This document shows, piece after piece, positions 58,191-64,000 of a stretch of 64,000 nucleotides of DNA (its first letter is position 1; the number at the start of each line of letters is the position of its first letter). Where the stretch lies: NCBI RefSeq assembly GCF_009914755.1, contig NC_060931.1; one strand, given 5' to 3'. This stretch comes from the human T2T-CHM13v2.0 reference genome, Homo sapiens. The position numbers and the translations under genes were made by a program. The notes beneath the pieces were generated by a model. The model saw only the letters and a program-made list of their open reading frames with translations. It was not told the origin of the DNA and did no database searches.

Positions 58191-59171
58191 TCCGGTGTGC
58201 ACTGCTGTTTACTTAGTATTTTTCTTTAACTAGATTTATTTTTAAACAAGGCTTTGTCCAAGGACATTTGGCTCGCAGGCACAGAGCTGATTAACTCGTT
58301 ATGTATCTTTTGATAATAAGGCAGCGATCATTAAGAAAAACGTGTAGCCAATGAAATAACATGTTCTGGGCCCCACCACTGGACTGGGAGGTGCAGCGCA
58401 TCCAAGCAGAGGCTGCCTCCTGCCCTCCACGCCTGCTGCTCTCGCAGGCAGGGGCTCTGCTGCTTACAGCAGTGCGGCCATCTCGGCTTCTCTCCACATC
58501 GTCTGTCACGCGCTGGTCCCCACCATACCTCTCGCCACCCCGTGCCTCTGTCCCCGTGCGGCCTGAGGAGCTCCAGCTTTCCCTGCCAGCGGTGCTCTGG
58601 GAGTGGGGACGTGATGCAGGGCGAGCATGATGCAACGGGGCACCCCAGACCCTTCCCTCCCGTGGGGGGAGGGGTGTGGCACGCAGAGGGGCAGAGGGCG
58701 GGGACACTGGCCCCGTGGGGGAAGAAGGTGCTGTCACAGCCGTTACTGTCCCCCGTGGGACCCCAGCCTGGAGCCCCCCATCCTTTGGCTCCTGCCTGTG
58801 GCCACTCAGCTCTCAGGTGGCCACATGCACATCCCCTGCTCCTTCCCTGCGCACCTGCCCTGCCCAGTGGCCTTTCTGGTCCCAGCTACTGAAACCGGTG
58901 AGCTGCTCCAGGGTGAGGCTGCTTTCTGGCTCCTGGTGTATTTGGACACAGATAGGCCCTTAGTGTCCAGAGGCGCCCCATGCAGCCCTCATGGTCAGCA
59001 GGACACCCAGGATAGACCCCCTCCACGCAGCACCTGGGCCCTGGGAGCGGCTGCTTTTAGGATGCCACCTGTTCCTGGGCGCCTTGTTTTTAGCTTCTGA
59101 CCTGAAGATGAGCGGGGGAGCGCGGTGGCGAGGGCACGTGGGCGTGGCTCACGGTCTCCTCTCTGTGGCAG

Positions 59172-59250
59172 GTACATGTCCCAGAGCAAGCACACAGAGG
59201 CCCGGGAGCTCATGTACTCGGGAGCCCTGCTCTTCTTCAGCCATGGCCAG
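59172..59250 (+). CDS. GET4: GET4 exon 2, [26 protein letters not shown]
   Basis: ggcag| acceptor, CAG|gtaagc donor, 79 nt, in frame with exon 1. Confidence 0.95.
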
Positions 59251-59684
59251 GTAAGCCGTCTTGCTTCCTCCTGCATCCCTTTCTGCTCCGGGCAGGCAAG
59301 TGGAGGTGGGAATGACCTCCCACCTCCACTGATGGGCAACCTTGCGCTGCCCTGGGCCTCGGCCACTGGGGCTGTGGGTGGCAGAGGGGCCCAGAGTCCC
59401 CCCTGGCTTGGCTGCTCCACTCTCAAGGCTGGGGCTCTGCGCTGCATTTGTGCACGATGGGGCTGAGAGGGCGTTGTGTTGGTATAAACGTCCCCGTCCA
59501 TTTTCATGTGATTCTCGGCCAGGAGCTCTCTTTTTCGGCGGCATTGCCAAGGGACATGGTGCTCAGAAGAGACTCCTCAGCACCGGCCGCACTCTGGCTT
59601 CTGCTGGAAACCCAGCCTTGTCTTTGCTGTCCTGAACAGGTCAGGGCTTTGTTCTTGATTCTTGTGTGTTGCTTTCTCTTGTAG

Positions 59685-59766
59685 CAAAACAGTGCAGCAG
59701 ACTTGTCCATGCTGGTCCTGGAGTCCCTGGAGAAGGCGGAAGTGGAGGTGGCTGACGAGCTGCTGG
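59685..59766 (+). CDS. GET4: GET4 exon 3, [27 protein letters not shown]
   Basis: ttgtag| acceptor, G|gtgagc donor, 82 nt; SAADL motif. Confidence 0.95.
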
Positions 59767-60485
59767 GTGAGCATCCGGCCCTTCACCCCGGGACCCTGTG
59801 ACAGCGGCCCCAGTACGCCCCTCCCCGGGTCTCTGCGCTGTGTTTCGTGTCTGCGTTTGGGGGTCTTGTGTGCTGTGGGGTGAACTCTGCTGCAGAGGCA
59901 GTTCCCACCCGGTCTCAGTGAGCCAGGCCCCCTGGCTGACCCTGGCGCGAGCACACGGCAGGCTGAGCAGGACCTGCTGTGATTCGTAGGCAGGGCATGA
60001 CTGGGGCCCTGTCCTCTCCACTGCTCCGATGGACAGTGGCCTCCCCGCCAGCTGGCAAGGTGGGGCACCACTTTGGCTTGTCGGCCTGTCCTGTCGGGTG
60101 ACGTGCGGTTGGCAGAGCCCTTCTGTGAGCTGCCTGGCTGCAAGTCCCACTCCTAGTCCCTGCTGCTCTGGGAGATGCCCCGGGCCAGAGCCAGGTACCC
60201 AGAGCGGCCACAGCTGTTCCTGGACTCCAGCTCCCCACGGCACCTTCCCCAGCCCCCGCCTCGGCCAGGGCGTCCGTCCTTCCTTCCTCGCTGTGCTCTG
60301 GGGCACATGGCGCTGGAACTGCGGTGGGCAGCTCAGTGTGGTGGTCCACGGCTCACTCAGGGACGCCCAGCAGGTTCCTCTCCCTGTTAAGTAGTTGCGA
60401 ATGGAAATCCACTTCTGTGGGGAATGTGGGACAGAGAGCCGGAGTGGCCGTGCGTTCCTCTGATGAGGGTCTGTGCTGTTTGCAG

Positions 60486-60635
60486 AAAATCTGGCTAAAG
60501 TGTTCAGCCTGATGGACCCCAACTCTCCTGAGCGCGTGACCTTTGTGTCCAGAGCCCTGAAGTGGTCCAGTGGGGGCTCCGGGAAGCTGGGCCACCCCCG
60601 GCTGCACCAGCTGCTGGCCCTCACCCTGTGGAAAG
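60486..60635 (+). CDS. GET4: GET4 exon 4, [28 protein letters not shown]...[15 protein letters not shown] (gene continues beyond window)
   Basis: ttgcag| acceptor, AAG|gtaggc donor, 150 nt. Confidence 0.95.
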
Positions 60636-62747
60636 GTAGGCCTGGGGCCAGGGCAGGCGTGGGCACCTCTCTGCTCTCGGCGTTGATTTGCACTGTGCGT
60701 TCCAATACATCAGGGTCACCCACCAGGGCAGAGATGGGGTTTCACCCTGTGGTCACGCGGGCCGGTCCATGGAGACCCATGCGCCATGCTAAGCCCGGGA
60801 TCAGAGCCACTGCACCCGAGAAGCTGCGAGAAGGGGGGCAGGCGGCCGCCTCTCCAGGCCTTCCCGTGGGACGTTCTGACCCTCAGGGAGGCAGCCGTGC
60901 CTTCACGGGGCCTATGCGTGCTGCTGCTCCTTTCTGGAACATTCTTTCCAGCGCTGGGATGGTGCTGTGCCCTGTTTTTCTCCTTTACGCTGACCTCATC
61001 TTCTGATGAAGCCTTTGCGGGGATTAATCACCCTGTGGTGGGGTCTGGCTGTCTGCGTGGTGTGGTTGGTGTTTTTAGTTCCAGGTCTGCAGCTCTGAGG
61101 CGGGAGTGGTGCTGGGTAGATATTCATTGAGTGACTTGAACGAGGTGCTAATGGGGGTTTAGAAGCGTCCTCCCCAGGGCATTCCCTGGGATGGCAAGTG
61201 GCACCAGCGCTGTGAGATGGTTTCCTTCCTGCCGTCAGGCATCAGGAGGCCTGCTCGGGTCTGCATGTGCCTGGGCTTGGCAGGTGGGGAGGCGGCACCC
61301 AGGGCAGCCCCCGCATTGGAAGCTCTAGGAACTTGGATCTAGGCTGAAGGCCTTTGCTCTAGAGTTCCGGATTGCTGAGCTTGGAACAGCTCCTCCTAGA
61401 CACAGTGTGGCGCGGGAGCAGCTGCATGAGGGCCCACGTACTCTGCACACATCAGCAGCCCATCCGACCTTGTCCCTGGTCATGCGAAACGCATGCCCAT
61501 CCGACCTCCGACCTTGTTCCTGGTCATGCAGGTTCCGCCTGGGCTGTGACAGGAGGCTCGGCGCCCTCAGGCACCTGGCAGGCTTTCCCGACCTTCTCCC
61601 TGAGCGACAGGAATGGGAAGTGAGCAAATCCAAGTAGAATTAGGAGGCTCTCCTCAGAGGAGCCTGGCGGAACCCGGTCCTGGCTGTGTGCCGAGTGGCG
61701 GGGCACCCACAGGGAGATGAGCCAGTGCCTATCTCTTGCCTCAGTCTCCCCGTGGTCGCCTCCTTCCTCAGAAGGGGCTGGCCCAGGCTGGTGCCTCCGT
61801 GGCCCCTGGAGCATACCTGCTGCCGCCTTCCCTGGCCTCTGGCGACAGCAGGCCTCCCGTACTCCACCTGTCCCCCAGCCAGCATGGCTCCACACAGAAC
61901 ACGGCCGCAGACAACCCTCCTGTGTCCTGCATAGCGAACTGCCACTCTGCGTGGGCCCCACTGCCAGGTTAGGGAGGCAGGAGCTGCCCCCACCCCCTGC
62001 CCGGGAGCTGTCGTCTGTCTTTCGGATGAGTCAGGAACAAATGCGTCAACACTGGGTGGCCGCCCTCGCCACTCCTGCGCACGGGCCCTGTGGGGAGAGC
62101 CAGGCAGTGGGTGGCGTGGGACAGGTGATGCCCATGCCCAGTACTCAGGAGACCTGCATGGCAGCTCCTAAGATGGGTACAAGCGATCATAAGGAGGGAT
62201 GTACGTGTCTCATCTCCCCACCCACCACGGGATCAGGTTGAGGCCGTCCAGGGAGTGCATGGGAGGGCTGCGCTCGGCGCATCTGCAGAGATCCCCTGAA
62301 GAGGGGCCCTGGCTGCCTCCCACTGGGGTAGGTGCGGGCCCAGGTCCCCGACACCGTGATGGTGCTGTGGGACTTTGATGGACCTCACCCGGGGAGCCCA
62401 GGCCTGCTCCACGGCAAGGTGGCCACGCACTGCCTCTGCAGTCCTGAGCACAGGCTCCATACGGGACCTGAGGCCTGGGCTCCATGACACTTGGGCTATG
62501 TGCTTCCCTGGTGCTTCCCTCCTGGGGATGAAATCACACCCATAGGTAAAGGTTTGGGAGTGGAGGGAGACAGCAGGAGACAAAGCAAGGGGACGAGGAC
62601 TCTGGCAGCCACAAAGGCAGCGGGAGGGCCCTGGAGGCTCCTGTTGGGCAGCGCAGTCAGGAAAGGGCCCACTAGGTGGGAGAGGCAGGCGCCTGGTGAG
62701 TGCTGAGATCTGCACCACGAGAAGGGCTGGGCTCCCAAGGCATGCAT

Positions 62748-64000
62748 GGGGCCTGGGAGTGGAGGGAGTGTGAGCGGGTGTTAGGACGGGGTCTGGGGCG
62801 AGCGGGTGTTAGGACGGGCCTGGGAGCGGAGGGAGTGCGAGCGGGTGTTAGGACGGGGTCTGGGAGTGGAGGGAGCGCGAGCGGGTGTTAGGACGGGGCC
62901 TGGGAGTGGAGGGAGCGCGAGCGGGTGTCAGGACGGGGCCTGGGAGTGGAGGGAGCGCGAGCGGGTGTCAGGACGGGGTCTGGGAGTGGAGGGAGCGCGA
63001 GCGGGTGTCAGGACGGGGTCTGGGAGTGGAGGGAGCGCGAGCGGGTGTCAGGACGGGGTCTGGGAGTGGAGGGAGCGCGAGCGGGTGTCAGGACGGGGTC
63101 TGGGAGTGGAGGGAGCGTGAGCGGGTGTCAGGACGGGTCTGGGAGTGGAGGGAGCGCGAGCGGGTGTTAGGACGGGCCTGGGAGTGGAGGGAGCGCGAGC
63201 GGGTGTCAGGACGGGGTCTGGGAGTGGAGGGAGCGCGAGCGGGTGTCAGGACGGGGTCTGGGAGTGGAGGGAGCGCGAGCGGGTGTCAGGACGGGTCTGG
63301 GAGTGGAGGGAGCGCGAGCGGGTGTCAGGACGGGGTCTGGGAGTGGAGGGAGCGCGAGCGGGTGTCAGGACGGGGTCTGGGAGTGGAGGGAGCGCGAGCG
63401 GGTGTCAGGACGGGTCTGGGAGTGGAGGGAGCGCGAGCGGGTGTCAGGACGGGGTCTGGGAGTGGAGGGAGCGCGAGCGGGTGTCAGGACGGGTCTGGGA
63501 GTGGAGGGAGCGCGAGCGGGTGTCAGGACGGGCCTGGGAGTGGAGGGAGCGCGAGCGGGTGTCAGGACGGGGTCTGGGAGTGGAGGGAGCGCGAGCGGGT
63601 GTCAGGACGGGGTCTGGGAGTGGAGGGAGCGCGAGCGGGTGTCAGGACGGGGTCTGGGAGTGGAGGGAGCGCGAGCGGGTGTCAGGACGGGGTCTGGGAG
63701 TGGAGGGAGCGCGAGCGGGTGTCAGGACGGGGTCTGGGAGTGGAGGGAGCGCGAGCGGGTGTCAGGACGGGGTCTGGGAGTGGAGGGAGCGCGAGCGGGT
63801 GTCAGGACGGGGTCTGGGAGTGGAGGGAGCGTGAGCGGGTGTCAGGACGGGGTCTGGGAGTGGAGGGAGGGCGAGCGGGTGTCAGGACGGGCCTGGGAGT
63901 GGAGGGAGCGCGAGCGGGTGTCAGGACGGGGTCTGGGAGTGGAGGGAGCGCGAGCGGGTGTCAGGACGGGGTCTGGGAGTGGAGGGAGCGCGAGCGGGTG
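62748..64000 (+). repeat. 39/40-bp G-rich VNTR, about 31 or more copies, runs off the window
   Basis: GGGTCTGGGAGTGGAGGGAGCGCGAGCGGGTGTCAGGACG units. Confidence 0.96.

Noticed and set aside
59641-60723. 360-aa minus-strand ORF antisense to GET4 exons 3-4
   Set aside because: Low-complexity P/G/R/S-rich composition expected by chance in high-GC DNA; no recognisable domain or exon signals.

Overview
Human (primate) genomic DNA, GC-rich and Alu/minisatellite-dense, recognisable as the SUN1-GET4 locus (7p22.3, from recalled protein sequences). The + strand holds the complete SUN1 coding region: 22 GT-AG coding exons from ATG 5656 to TGA 46450. All exons joined give 2751 nt = 916 aa, and skipping symmetric cassette exons gives 888, 822 or 785 aa. 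The SUN1 3'UTR ends near 48020. After a gap of about 1.7 kb come the GET4 CpG-island promoter and the first four GET4 coding exons (49765-60635); the gene continues beyond the window. About 30 Alus, L1 and LTR relics and about 10 tandem-repeat arrays fill the introns. Nearly all ORFs in the supplied track are Alu or VNTR artefacts. No new protein-coding system is supportable. The most interesting signals are regulatory and splicing architecture: (1) a 30-bp promoter VNTR carrying 9 CACGTG E-boxes in front of GET4; (2) a CFTR-like (TG)8T10 acceptor on a 27-nt SUN1 microexon; (3) inverted Alus and a compound VNTR framing the skippable SUN1 exon block; (4) a duplicated in-frame splice donor plus an intronic poly(A) signal; (5) two partly complementary minisatellites in one intron. 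Coordinates were counted by hand; repeat boundaries are approximate.
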